Both the position numbers and the translations under genes were made by a program. The notes below the pieces were generated by a model. That model had not been told where the DNA came from. It did not search any database and was given only the letters and a program-made list of their open reading frames with translations. Positions 9,230-20,800 of a stretch of 64,000 bases of DNA are shown in pieces. Each line of letters opens with the position of its first letter. Position 1 is the stretch's first letter. This DNA comes from Anaerolineae bacterium (GTDB lineage Bacteria; Chloroflexota; Anaerolineae; Epilineales; JAHCIE01): NCBI GenBank assembly GCA_046328535.1, contig JAXLWJ010000004.1, positions 87,800-151,799 on the forward strand. Direction: 5' to 3'.

Positions 9230-10306
9230 TTAGGCGCGGAGAACGACGCCGTTGATCGAGCGCCACGCCGGATGAACGTGGTAGCCATTTTTGCGCGGGA
9301 GGGTGTTGAGCACGACCGTCGTGCCCTGGTAGTCGAAGACGAAGTTCATCCGCACCAGCCCTGCGCCTTCCAGCGCCCTGGTCACGTCCGCCTGCCGCTC
9401 CGCTGGACAGTACAGCATCAGGAAGCCGCCGCCGCCTGCCCCGGTCACCTTGCCGCCGACGGCGCCGTGCGCCCGCGCCAGGGCGTAGTAGCCGTCAATC
9501 GCGGTGTTGCTGATGTTGGGCGCGAGGCGCTTCTTCTGCTGCCACCCCTCGTCCATCAGGCCCCCGAAGCCGTCCACGTCGCCCGCCTCCAGGCACTCCC
9601 GCATCCCCTCGGCCAGCGCCTTGATGGCGTGCAGCGCCTCGACAACGGGGCCGCGCCTGGCTTCGCTGGCGCGCTTCTGCTCGCGCAGGATGTTGGAGGA
9701 CTCGCGGGCGCTGCCGGTGAAGAAGAGGAGAAGGCGCGCTTCGAGCTGCCGCAGGGTCTCGTCGCTCGCCCCGAGCGGCTCGACCGTGACGCCATCGGCG
9801 CTAAAGCGGATGACGTTCACCCCGCCGAAGGCCGCGATGTACTGGTCCTGCTTGCCGACCGGCAGCCCGAGCTTCTCGATCTCGATGTGGGCCGCCGTCT
9901 CCGCGATCTCGTGGCGGGACAGCGGGATGTCGCACAGGGTGCTGAGGGCGCGAACGAGGGTCACGGCCACGCTGCCGGATGATCCCAGGCCAGTGCCGGG
10001 CGGCACTTCCGAGGCGAGGAACACGTTGTACTCGCGCTCCACGCCGAAGTGGCTCAGCGCGGCGCGGGGCAGCTCCAGGCCTGCCTTCCAGAACGTCGGC
10101 TGGTCCGGGTCGTGGCGGTAGAACGTGTGGTAGTCGGACGACACGATCTGGACGCCATCGCCGGCGCGGGCAGCGGAGATCATCGTGTAGAAGTATTTGT
10201 TGATGGCCGCGCTCACCACGAGGCCCCCGTAGGGCTGGTAGTAAGCTGCGAGGTCGGTCCCGCCGCCGCCGAAGCTGATGCGAACCGGGGCCCGCGCGAT
10301 CAACAT
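9230..10306 (-). CDS. hddA: GHMP-family sugar kinase, D-glycero-D-manno-heptose 7-phosphate kinase-like
   Basis: 358 aa. N-terminus RAPVRISFGGGGTD, GHMP ATP-binding motif PPGTGLGSSGSVAV, and C-terminal GAGGGGF. It is adjacent to gmhB, implying an NDP-heptose pathway. ATG 10304-10306. Confidence 0.7.
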   Translation of the reverse strand: MLIARAPVRISFGGGGTDLAAYYQPYGGLVVSAAINKYFYTMISAARAGDGVQIVSSDYHTFYRHDPDQPTFWKAGLELPRAALSHFGVEREYNVFLASEVPPGTGLGSSGSVAVTLVRALSTLCDIPLSRHEIAETAAHIEIEKLGLPVGKQDQYIAAFGGVNVIRFSADGVTVEPLGASDETLRQLEARLLLFFTGSARESSNILREQKRASEARRGPVVEALHAIKALAEGMRECLEAGDVDGFGGLMDEGWQQKKRLAPNISNTAIDGYYALARAHGAVGGKVTGAGGGGFLMLYCPAERQADVTRALEGAGLVRMNFVFDYQGTTVVLNTLPRKNGYHVHPAWRSINGVVLRA

Positions 10307-10355
10307 GATCGCTCCTGTAGGTTATGCTTGGGAGGGGTGAGTAGCGCGCGAGACC

Positions 10356-10410
10356 GTAGTAACGACTTGAGTCGTTTCTCAGGCCGCAGAACGACTGAAG
10401 TCGTTACTAC
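10356..10410. repeat. Double-hairpin element A (aacgacttgagtcgtt ... aacgactgaagtcgtt, flanked by gtagta/tactac)
   Basis: Read directly: two CGACT-loop-AGTCG hairpins in an inverted-repeat frame, located in the 133-bp gap between the NusG-like gene and the kinase. Confidence 0.5.
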
Positions 10411-10439
10411 AAAATACGTAACTTATGTATGACGAACCT

Positions 10440-10976
10440 CTAGAACCGCTCGAGGATCTCGGTGTTGACGTCGCAGCGCGTGAACCGGCCCATGACCTCG
10501 ACGAGGATCTGGGCGCGCTCGAAGCCGCTCAGGTGGCCTTCGAACACGGCCTCCAGGTCCTTGAGTGGGCCAGCCGTAATCCGCACCCGGTCGCCGCTCC
10601 GCAGCACGTTCTGCGGCGTGCCGGTCATCTGCCGCACGCGGCGGCGAATGTGCTCGATCATGTCTTGCGGCAGCGGTGTCGGCTCGCCGCCGAAGCTCAC
10701 CACAGTCCGCAGGCCGGGCAGCCACGTCACCTGGGAGATGCCAACTTCGTCGAGGTCGAGGTGGACGAAGCTGTAGCATGCAAACAGCGGCTCTTCCTCC
10801 ATGCGGCGGCGCCGCGCCCGCCACACGGGCATCAGGGGCAGGTAGCTCTCGTGGCCGCGCGCCGCGAGCGCTTCGCTCACCTGGCGCTCAGCGTGGGGCT
10901 TGGTGTAGAGGGCGTACCAGGCGCACTTCGTCGGTTGGGGTTCGGTGGGCCGCGTGATGGCGCGTGCTTGACTCAT
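10440..10976 (-). CDS. NusG-family transcription antitermination paralog (NGN + KOW; LoaP/UpxY/RfaH-like), first gene of the glycan operon
   Basis: NGN domain WYALYTKPHAERQVSEAL...LFACYSFV, and KOW GDRVRITAGPLKDLEAVFEG. The start taken is ATG at 10974-10976 (MSQARAITRP...); the ORF-track start at 11042 is a 22-aa upstream extension. Confidence 0.75.
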   Translation of the reverse strand: MSQARAITRPTEPQPTKCAWYALYTKPHAERQVSEALAARGHESYLPLMPVWRARRRRMEEEPLFACYSFVHLDLDEVGISQVTWLPGLRTVVSFGGEPTPLPQDMIEHIRRRVRQMTGTPQNVLRSGDRVRITAGPLKDLEAVFEGHLSGFERAQILVEVMGRFTRCDVNTEILERF

Positions 10977-11403
10977 GGCCTCTATTCCTACGGCGGTGAG
11001 GAAGGTGGGCGTCGGCGGACCAGGCTCCGCCGATCTGTGCACGAGTGTGTCCAGGTCGGTGCTTCAGTATGGGAGTGGCTCACGGCCACCGCGCTGAACG
11101 ATGCCGGAATGTACGCGAGAACGAAGTCCAACACGCAACTAACAATCAGGCCGAACACTCGGGCAATAACCGGAACTAACGATAGTTAGGGATGGGAACA
11201 GCAGCGCCTCGAGGGGCAGGGGGGATGCCTCTCCGCAATCATTGACGCGGCTGAGTTGCTCTACGTTGGGGGGTTAGAGCGTGCGATTCAGACGGAGGGG
11301 GCGTCGTTTGGACGACGCTGTCCAGGAGTCGGTTAAGCCAAATAGACGTATTGGGTAACTGGCGCTCCCCTCCAGCGCCAGACCCCTTATCGGCGTTCTG
11401 TCC

Positions 11404-11778
11404 TTAACACAGCTTTAAGGACACAATCATAAGTATAGCTCCTGACGCTTTATGAATCGCTTTATGAATCGCTTTAGGTGGCGTGAATACACCTGTGGGG
11501 CTGCAATTGTTGCCTGAGTGTACTGACGGATTGAGCATTTCATACCACCGGGCATAATCCAGGCCACCTCTAAATGTTGTAACCTCTGACGGCGTCTCGC
11601 CCCGCAGTCGGGCCATCGTCTCCCGGTACGCTTCGAGTACTTCAACGTCATACCCATAGGAAATGTTACGGTTGAAGGCGACCGGTTTCATCCACCACAC
11701 GCACGAAGTCCACCCAACACCGCTGGGTGGACTTCGTGGGGAAACGGGACCTGAACCTGGCTGTGGCGCGTCGGCCAT
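11404..11778 (-). CDS. Hypothetical small protein in a low-GC spacer (doubtful)
   Basis: 124-aa ORF in an approximately 50% GC intergenic stretch between copy 1 and the NusG-like gene. It contains a 13-bp tandem repeat (tttatgaatcgc x2, giving KAIHKAIHKA) and is hairpin-rich. It may be non-coding. Confidence 0.2.
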   Translation of the reverse strand: MADAPQPGSGPVSPRSPPSGVGWTSCVWWMKPVAFNRNISYGYDVEVLEAYRETMARLRGETPSEVTTFRGGLDYARWYEMLNPSVHSGNNCSPTGVFTPPKAIHKAIHKASGAILMIVSLKLC

Positions 11779-11811
11779 CGCGCCGCGTATGAAACAACCT
11801 CTGGCTGCTGC

Positions 11812-14800
11812 CTACGGTCGTCTTGCGCCCCTCGCGCCCTGGCCGTCTACCTCAACCGCTTGACCGTGTCCCAGCCCCACCGAATCACGCGCCACATACG
11901 GGAAGTAGAGGCTGTAGCTCTTCTGACCCGGCGTGGTGAGACTCTGCACGCGCAGCGGCGTCTTCAGCGCCTCGACGTTGCCGGCCTTGTCAATGGCGCG
12001 GCTGCGTAGCGCGACCGCGCCGCGCGGGGCGCTGACAGTCGCGGCCCACAGCGTGCCGGCGCCGCCGGTGGTGTCCGCCTTGGCGTCGTCAGGACACAGC
12101 GCGCCGGCCAGCAGGGCCGCCGCCGCCGCGCCGGTCGTGGCGTCCGTCCACGTCTGCCCACCGTCCACGCTGACCTGCGCCTGGGCGATGCCCCAGCCGT
12201 CGGTGGCGTAGCCCCAGGCGAGAATCTGGTCGGGGGCCAGCCCCTGGCACGCCTGGGGAACTGTCGCGCCGGGACGGGGGTAGACGATGTCCGACACGGG
12301 CGCGATGCTGTCCACGGTGACTGTGACCGGCGCGGACGGGGCGCTCACGTTGCCCGCCGCGTCGGTGGCCCGCGCGCGGATCGTGTGCTGGACGCCCTCC
12401 TCAGTGGGCAAGGGCCAGTTGTAGCGCCAGACACGCGGCGCGCCCGGCCGGGGCAGTAGCCCCACGGGCAGGTACGGTCCGGCGACGACCTGCCACGGCC
12501 CGCCGTCTATCGCCACCTCCACCCGCTCGATACCGCCGCGAACGCTCAGCGGCGCCGGATCGTAGGCGCTGCCGCTGATGGTGGCGATCCGGCCCTTGAG
12601 CGCCGCGAAGTCGTCGAGCGCCACGGTGGCCTGCGGCGGCGTATTGTCCACGGTGACGGTCGCCGACACCGGCGCGCTCACCTGGCCGAAGATGTCGTGG
12701 CCGCGCGCCTGGACGACGAACTCGCCGCTGGCCGGTACATCAATCCCCACCTGCCAGCCCAGGTTGGTGAAGATGCCGCCGACCTGGGAGGGTGTCACCA
12801 CCCACGGCCCGTCGTTCACCCGGACTTCGACGAAGCCGAGGCCGGTCTGGTCACTCGCCGTGCCGGTCACCGTTTGCCGCCCGCTACGCATCGTCGCGCC
12901 GACGGGCAGGGCAATGGCAACGCGCGGCGGCTGGTTGTCCACCGCGCGCGTGGCGCTGGATTGGGCCAGGCTGACATCGCCGCTCGCTGTCGCGCTCTTC
13001 ACCGCGGCCGTGACCGTGACCGCCTTGATGCCGGCGACGTTGGCGCCGAGGCCCGCCGTGACGGTGATCGGTGTCTGGGGGCCGGGGGCGAGGTTGCCCA
13101 ATGGAATGAGCCAGCGGCTCGCGGGCGCCTGGGGGGGCAGGCCGTGGATGGACTGGAGGGTTGCGCCGTCGCTGGCGGTGATCTCCAGCGTCAGGTCGGT
13201 CACTGGCACGCGGTCCACGTTGGTCAGACTGAGGCTCCACGGCGCGGCGCTGTTTGGCCCAAGGATGCGGCTCGACCCGCGAGGATTCTGGACACTCAGC
13301 GTCACGTGGCGGCCCTGCGGCTGGCCCGCGTTCGGCGCCGTCGTCGGCGTGATGCTCGTCCAGTGGTAGGCGCTGGTCCACGGGCCGAGCACCGATTGGG
13401 CCGTCGGGAAGACGCTGGCGACGCGGCCGCCGGCGTCGTTGAAGGCCAGCATCCGCACGTCCACGGCCGGGAGCGCGACGCCGAGGTCGCGCCACGGCAG
13501 GGCGATCTCGGTGTCACCCTCCGCGCCCGTTCGCGCCGCGCCGAAGTCGTGCTGCTCCCAGGCGCGGCCGGTCCAGTGGTACACGGCGTTGCCCGAGCCG
13601 CGCAGGGCGACGGCAAAGTCGGCGTTGAACGGTAGGGTCTGGGCCTGGGGGGCGCTCGCCCACAGTTGCGTTGTGCCGCCCGCCCTGGTGTCCAGGTAAA
13701 TGTAGCCCACGCCGTTGACGCCCCACGCCGCGCCGCGCCAGCCGATATACAGGTTGGTCGCGTCGAAGCTGGCCCACAGACCCTGGGACTGCGTCGGACG
13801 CGGGTCCACGTCGAGGCGCTCCGACGCGAGCTTCCACTCGCCGCGCGCCACGTCCATAAAACCGTTGACCTGGATGGACGACTGCCACGCGCCGTCGGCG
13901 TCCTTGGCCGCGCCGCCACCGCTGGCGCCGACGAGCCACGGGCCGAAGTGGCGCACCGTGGTGTTGCCGACCCTGTCCCTGGCGGCCAGGTGGACGTACC
14001 ACGTCCCCGCGCTCGTCAGCTGCGCGGTGTAGCTGGCGCCCGTCACGGCGTCGCCCGTCGTCGGGTTGGTGTCGCTCGTCTGGTCCACTACGGCGATGAC
14101 GGACACCTGCCCACTACCGTCGGTCAGCGGCGGCCACGTCAGGCCCACCGAGGCGGGCGCTGTCAGGTGAGCGCCGGGGCTGGGCTGGAGCTGGGCCTGG
14201 AAGGGCGTCGGCCCCAGGTTATCGGCGACGAAGACGACCGGCTGCACGGTCGCGTTCCCCGCGCGGTCCGTGGCTCGGATGCGGGCCGGGAAGGACGCGG
14301 AATCCGCGCCGCTCGGGACCGTGTAAGCCCACGTCCACGTGTTAGCGGTAAGCGTCGCCGCCGTCCACGTCTTCCCGCCGTCCGCGCTGCCCTCGACCAG
14401 GACCACGCCACTGGTCGCGTCGCCCGTCGTACCCGCGAGGGTGAGCGCGCTCGTGATCACGCCCGTCGGTGGGACGATGGTCACGGTCGGCGCGGCGCTG
14501 TCCTTGATGAGCGTGAGAACCGTGTCACCCGGCGCGCTGCTGCCGGCGGTGCGGCTGGCGCGGAGCGTTATGCTGTGGGAGCCATCGGCGCTGAGCGTGA
14601 TTGGCGCGCTCCAGCGGGTCGCCTGAGCCGTCGGGTTGGCGAGCGTCGCCTTGCCCTGACTGACGCCGTCAACCAGCACCTCGACCTGTCCCTGCCCGTC
14701 GGTGGCGGCGAAGTGAACCGCGCCCGCCAGCGTCAGCGTACCCGACACGACCGCCGCGCCCGGCGTGGGCGACAGCAGGGCCGCCTCGTTGCGCGTCGTG

Positions 14801-17800
14801 GCGATAGTGACCGACGACGGGGCGCTCTGGCCGACGTTGCCCGCGCCGTCCACCGCGACCGCCTGCACGGAATGCGTCCCGTCGGCCAGCGGCACGGCGG
14901 CGTTGTACTGCGGAGCGCCCAGGGCGCGCGTCGCCGTCACGACCTGCCCGTCCACCAGGAAGTAGACGCGGGCCACGTTCCACTGGCTCGCGCTGCCGAC
15001 GGGGACGACGTCGCTGACGCTGGCCTGGAGCGGCAGCACGGGGGCGCTCGATTGCAGCCCCGTCGTGGGAGTAATCAGCCCCGTCGTGGGCGGCGTGCCG
15101 TCGCCGATGAAGCTGGCGCGGAACGTCGCCGTGCCGCTGATAGTGTTGCCGCTGGCGTCGGCCGGCCGCGTGTACAGGCGATACAGGCCGTCGCCCTGGA
15201 AGCCGTTGTAGGGCAGGCTCCAGTACGAGCCGGCCTGGCCGGCCGACGCCAGTGTCGCCGGCGTCCACGTCGTCGGCAGGGTGCTCGACGGCGGTTGGCT
15301 CGGATCGCCCACCTTCGTGACGCCGACCTGCACCGACGCCACGCCCGCCGCGCCGGCGGCGCACGTCGCCCCCTGCTTGCCGAACAGCAGCGTGACCGGC
15401 GTCGCCAGCAGCTCCTTGTAGCCGAGGTCCGCCTGGCCGCCGCCGCCGAGCGGCACGGGCTGGAAGATCGCGGCCGGGATGCGGTTCACGGCCGGCGACG
15501 TCAATTGCAGCGAGTAGTCGGGCGGGCCGTTCGGGTCGGGGTTGTTGAACTGCGGGTCCACGCTGACCAGGTCCGTCGGGTCCGGGGTGAAGCCGGACGT
15601 GTTGGACGAGCCGTTCTGGTAGAACAGGTTGTAGCTGTCGAACACCTGCGCGCCGCCGCCCGCCGCCACACCCGAGCCGTTGTCGGCGAAGATGTTGAAG
15701 CGCGTCTGGAGCCAGGTGTTCTGGCCCGCCACAGTCAGGGCCGCGCCCGTGTTGTTGGCGATGGTGTTGAAGGCGAACACGCCGCTGGACGCGCCGTCGA
15801 AGCCCGCCGCCAGGCCGTTGTTGGCCTGGAAAACGTTGTGAGTCACGGTGATGGCGTTCGACGCGCCCGTCACCACCAGGCCACCCGCCCCACTGCCGCT
15901 GCCCGCGTTCTGGACGGTGAAGCCGGTGACTTCGACGTTGGTCACGCCGTTGAGGCTGAGCGCCGCGCCGCTGCCGCCCGCGTCAATGATCGTCTGGTCC
16001 GCGCCGCTGCCGACGAGCCGGACGCCGCTGCGCAGCGTGACGTTCTCCTGGTAGGGCTGCGTCGGGTCGGCGTTGGCGGCCACGCCCACGGTCCAGACGC
16101 CCGGAATCGGCGGCACGTGAGCGATGCCGTCGCCAATCGTGTTGAAAGCGTCCACCTGCCACTCCAGGCCGTCGTTGAGGCACTGGGCGCAGTAGCTCTG
16201 GGAGACGTAGACCGCGGCCTGGGCCGACTGGGCATAGCCGATGTCCACGCGCAGCCCGGCGCCGGGCGGCGACGGGTCGCCCGGGTCGCCCGCGTCCACC
16301 AGGGGCGAGTCGGCCTGGGGCCGGTAGTCTTGCTGGCTCGGCGCGACGAAGCGGGGGTCGGCGAAGACCTCGCCTGGGCCTGGGCTGTTCTGGACGACAC
16401 CGTCTATCATCAGATCCTGGGGCTGCCCCGGCGGCCCGTTGCGCCAGAAGCCGTTGAACGTATGCAAGGCGGTCGTCGCCGCCGACTGGTAGCTCAGGGC
16501 GGCGCCGTTGTTGAAGGCGAACACGGTGTTGCGGACGTCAATATTGCCGTTGTTCGTGGCGGCGATACCGTTGTCGTTGGCGACGATGGTGGTGTTAACG
16601 AGCAGCGCCTTTGCGCCGCCGTTCGCGCCGTCAACGCCGACCGCCGTCTTGGTGTTGCGGACGATGCTGCGGGTGACGCTGATCGCGCCGCCCGCGTCAA
16701 TCTTGACGCCGTCCACGCGGCTGTCGCCCGTCAGGCTGATCAGGGCCAGGCTGGCCGCGCGCACGCCCTCGGCCCCGACGACGGCGCCCGAAGCGTTTTG
16801 CGGCGGCGCAATGACGGTGAGGGCCGCGCCACTGCCGAAGACTCGCACGCCGTTGACCAGGTAGACGCTCTGGCGGTACAGGCCCGGGTTGACGAGGACT
16901 CGCTGCGCGCCGCTGGCGATGGCCGACTGCACGTCGGCGAAAGCGGCCACGTTCCAGGTGTGGCCGCTGTTGGCGCACTTCTCGCAGTAGCCGGGGTCAA
17001 CGTAGACCGTACCGCGATACTGATAGTAGCCCAGGTCCGCGCCCCCGTTGGCCTTGCCGCGCGCCGCGGAGGCGGCGAGCAGGCGGAAGACGCCCTGGGG
17101 CGCGCTGTAGAAGGCGGCCTGGACGAGGGTCATCGCCGTCGAGGCGACGCCGGGCGGCGCCGACAGCCAATCCCCCGCCGCGCCGTTGGCGCTGGCGTAG
17201 CCGTTGTGGTTGATGTCGGCCACCGTGCCGACGCCGTTGTCCTCCCAGACGCGGGGGAGGGGGGCGGCGTTGGGCAGCGCCGCGAACAGGTTGTTGCGGA
17301 TGAAGATGCCCTGGGCGACGGCGGAGGTATGCTTCACCCCGACGACGCTGGAACTGTTGCTGACGAACGTGTTGTGGTTGACGTCCACGCTGGACGTGCG
17401 GCTGTCCACACCAATGCTGCCCGGCCGGTCGAGGCTGAACACCACCTGCCGGATGGTGATGATCTGCGCGTTCAGGTCCGTCGCGCCGGGGGTCCCGCCA
17501 AAGGCGATTTGGACGCCGGTCTGGGCGTCGCGGATGGTCAGGCCCTGGATCGTCACACCGAGGATGCCCGGCGCGCTCGGCGTCTGGTCGCTCGGCGGGA
17601 ACACCTGGACGCCAACGCCACCGTTGGCGTCAATGAACACGGCGTCGGGGTTCACGCCCTGGATGGTCACGTAGTCCTTGCCGCCGTGGACGACGGCCGG
17701 TGCGTAGGCGCCGGGGCCGACGAGGATGGTGTCGCCGGAGGCCGCCGCGTCGAGCGCCGCCTGGATGGTGGCGAAGGCCGTTGTCCCCCAGGCGTGGCCG

Positions 17801-20800
17801 TCGTTGCCGCACGTCGCGCAGTAGTCGTCGTCCACGAAGCGGGTGACGGGCGCCGCCGTCGGCGCGAGGGCCTTGAGGGTAGGGGCGGCGCTGCGGGTCG
17901 TGCGGCCCCCTTCGCTCCACCCGCCGCTCTCGCTCGTCGGCAGCTTGCCCAGGGGAACCGGCGCCGCCGCCGGGCCGAGGTCAAGCTCGCGGCGCATGGC
18001 CCGCTTCGTCTCGCGCGTCTCGGCCGTCTTCGCGGCCGTCTGCGCGCCCAGAGGAACAATGAGCAGGTCCGACGAGCGGTCGCAGTTCACGTCCGCGCCA
18101 GCGGCGAAGGGCGCCGAGGCCGCCGCGCCGACGTTCGAGAGCTGCGCCTGGACCGGCTGGTTGGTCGCCAGGTCGGCGCGACCCAGCACGAGGTAGGCGC
18201 GGCCGCTCAGCGTGCCGAGCAGCAGGTCGTTCTTGCCGTCGTTGTCCACGTCGCCCACGCCGGCGATGAGGCCGTTGGGCGCGGGGGTGTAGCCGCTGAA
18301 CGTCACGTCGGGCGCTAAGGCGGGCTTCCAGCCGCTCGCGCGGCCGTAGGCGACGTGGGGTGTCGCGCCGTCGTTGTAGGCGAAGTCGGGCAGGCCGTCG
18401 CCGTTGACGTCGCCCAGTGGGACGACCTGGCTGCCGACGCCCGCCGGGCCACTGAAGCTGCCACTGGCGGCGGTCTTGAGGCTCGCCGGCGCGGCGACGC
18501 GCTTCGCCGCGTAGGCCGGGCCGCCGAGGAAGACGTACACGGCGGGGCCGCCGCCCGCGCTGTTGTTCGGGTCGGCGATGACGAAGTCGGCGTACTGGTC
18601 GTTATTCAGGTCGCCGACGCCCACGGCGGCCGCGCCCGCGCCGTCGGTGGCGAAAGCGCCGCCCAGGATGGGGCGCGTCCCGGTCAGGCCGTCCAGGGCG
18701 AAGCTCTGCGCCTGGCCGAGCGGCCCGGTGGCCGGGTTGCTGCCGAGGACGAGATACACCTCGCCCTTGCCGCCGGGCAGGTCGGTGACGCCGATGAGGA
18801 TGTCGTCGAAGCCGTCGCCGTTGACGTCGCCGGCGGCGGCCAGCCAGCGCCCCACCTGGCCGCTGTTGACGGTGAATATCTTGCCCCGCGTTTTCTCCGC
18901 CGCGCTGACCAGGCGCGTCGGGTCCACCTGGCCCATCGCGCCGACGCGCCCGAAGACGAGATAGACCTGGTTGTTGAGCGGGTCGCCGACGAGGAAGTCG
19001 CTCAGGCCGTCGCCGTTGACGTCGCCCGCCGGGGCCACATACTGCCCCAGGCCCGCGCCGGTCGTGCCGACAAGACTGCTCGGCGCGTCGGCCAGGGCCT
19101 GGGCGTCGGGCTTGACGGCCCAGCCGCCCGCCTTGCCGTACAGGATGGACACGCGGCCCGCGTTGGCCCGGCCGTCTACCGCGCTCGCCGGCGTCCCGAC
19201 GGCGAAGTCGGCGCGGCCGTCGCCGTCCACGTCGCCTAGCCAGGTGACGGTCTTGGTGATGTCCTCGGTCGGGCCGTTTGGCATCAGCCAGACGGTGGCT
19301 TTCTGGATGGGGTCAATGGACGCCGAGGCGACGCCACCCGCCAGCGGCTGCGGCCGCGCTGGCAGCGGGACATTGCCCGTGTCGTCGGCGTGGCCCTCGA
19401 AGGTGAACGGCGCGCTCGTCGAGACCTGGTCCACGGCGTTGGACCAGATGTCGGTCGGCGGCAGGTTATCCACCAGCACCGTGATCCGCTTCGCCGCCCC
19501 GATGTTGCCCACGGCATCCACGGCGCGCACGGCCAGGGTGTGGCTGCCGTACATGCTGGCGTCGAACTGCCAGTTATACTTCCAGGTCGCGGTTTGAGGG
19601 CGCGTCGTGGGGAACTCGCCCACGTTGCGCCACGGGCGGCGGTCAATGCTGAGCTGGACCACCGAGACGCCGGACACCTGCGGCGCGCCCGACGCCAGGT
19701 CGCTCGCGCTGCCCTCGATGGTGAAGGTGTTGAAGCGGACGTCGCTGAGCGCCTGGCCGTCCTGGACATTGGTGAAGGCGGCGGTCGGCGCGGTATTGTC
19801 CACGACCACCTGCGTCGCGGCGGCCGGCGTCTCGACGTTGCCCACGTAGTCGGTGGCGCGGGTCTGGATGCCGTAGGCCCCGTCGGCGGGCAGCGGCCAG
19901 GTGTACGTCCAGGTCTCGACGCCGCCGGCCGTCTGCCAGCCGCTGTCGTAGGCCTGGCCCTGGCCGTTGATGTAGCCCGTACCTGTGACGCGCAGCTCCA
20001 TCTTCACCGGCCAGCTCGTGGGGTCGGTGGCTGTGCCGCCAATCACAAACGACTTGCCCTTGATCGCCTGGCTTGCTTCGGGCGCGGCGACCGTGGACGA
20101 CGGCTGGTCGGCGTCAATCAGCACCTGCTGCGTGGCGGTGATGACCTTCTGCGCCCGGGCGATGGTGTCCGAGTAGGGGACGGTCGCCAGGAGGGTGGCG
20201 CGGGCCGAGGCGGTCAGGCCGCTCTGCGCGCCGCCCTTGATGGTGCTGGTCATGGCCTCGGCCGTCAGCAGCGGTCCCTGGCTGAAGTTCCACGTCAGGC
20301 GGCCCGCGCCCGCGCCCGGCGTCGGCGGCGTGTAGCCGGTCGAGCCGGTCTGCCCGCTGACGGCGAGCGCGCCCAGGGACGCTGCGTCGTAGCCGAGGGT
20401 CATGCTCCCGTTCAGCGGCGCGACGGTGGTGTTGCGGAGGTTAAGCTCCACCTGGAGCGGGTCGCCCGGCTTGAGGACGCTGTAGATCGAGCCGTTGTGG
20501 ACGACCGACGGCGTGACGTTGAAGACCAGGTTGGGCGCGGTGTTGGGCGACCAGGGGCTGGCGCCGGCCTGCTTCTCCTGGGCGTCGGTCAGGCCGTCGC
20601 CGTCCTCGTCGGCTTTGTTCGGGTCCGAGCAGACGTGGTAGACGCCGCCGTTGTCCAGCCGCACATCCCAGCCGCCCGCCAGTGTCCCGTCCGCCTGGAG
20701 GTGGCACACTTCCTGGCCGTCAGGCAGGCCGTCGCCGTCCGTGTCGGCGTTCAGCGGGTCCGTGCCAAGCTCGATCTCCTGGCGGTCGGTGAGGCCGTCG

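Noticed and set aside
13666-18318. 1550-aa plus-strand ORF and many other long Arg/Ala/Gly-rich ORFs antisense to or overlapping the giant genes (e.g. 19390-21633, 35481-38516, 45038-47497, 49020-50999, 31635-34016)
   Set aside because: Low-complexity R/G/A-rich translations with no domain-like motifs. These are the expected spurious open frames of 70% GC DNA opposite real, motif-rich minus-strand genes.
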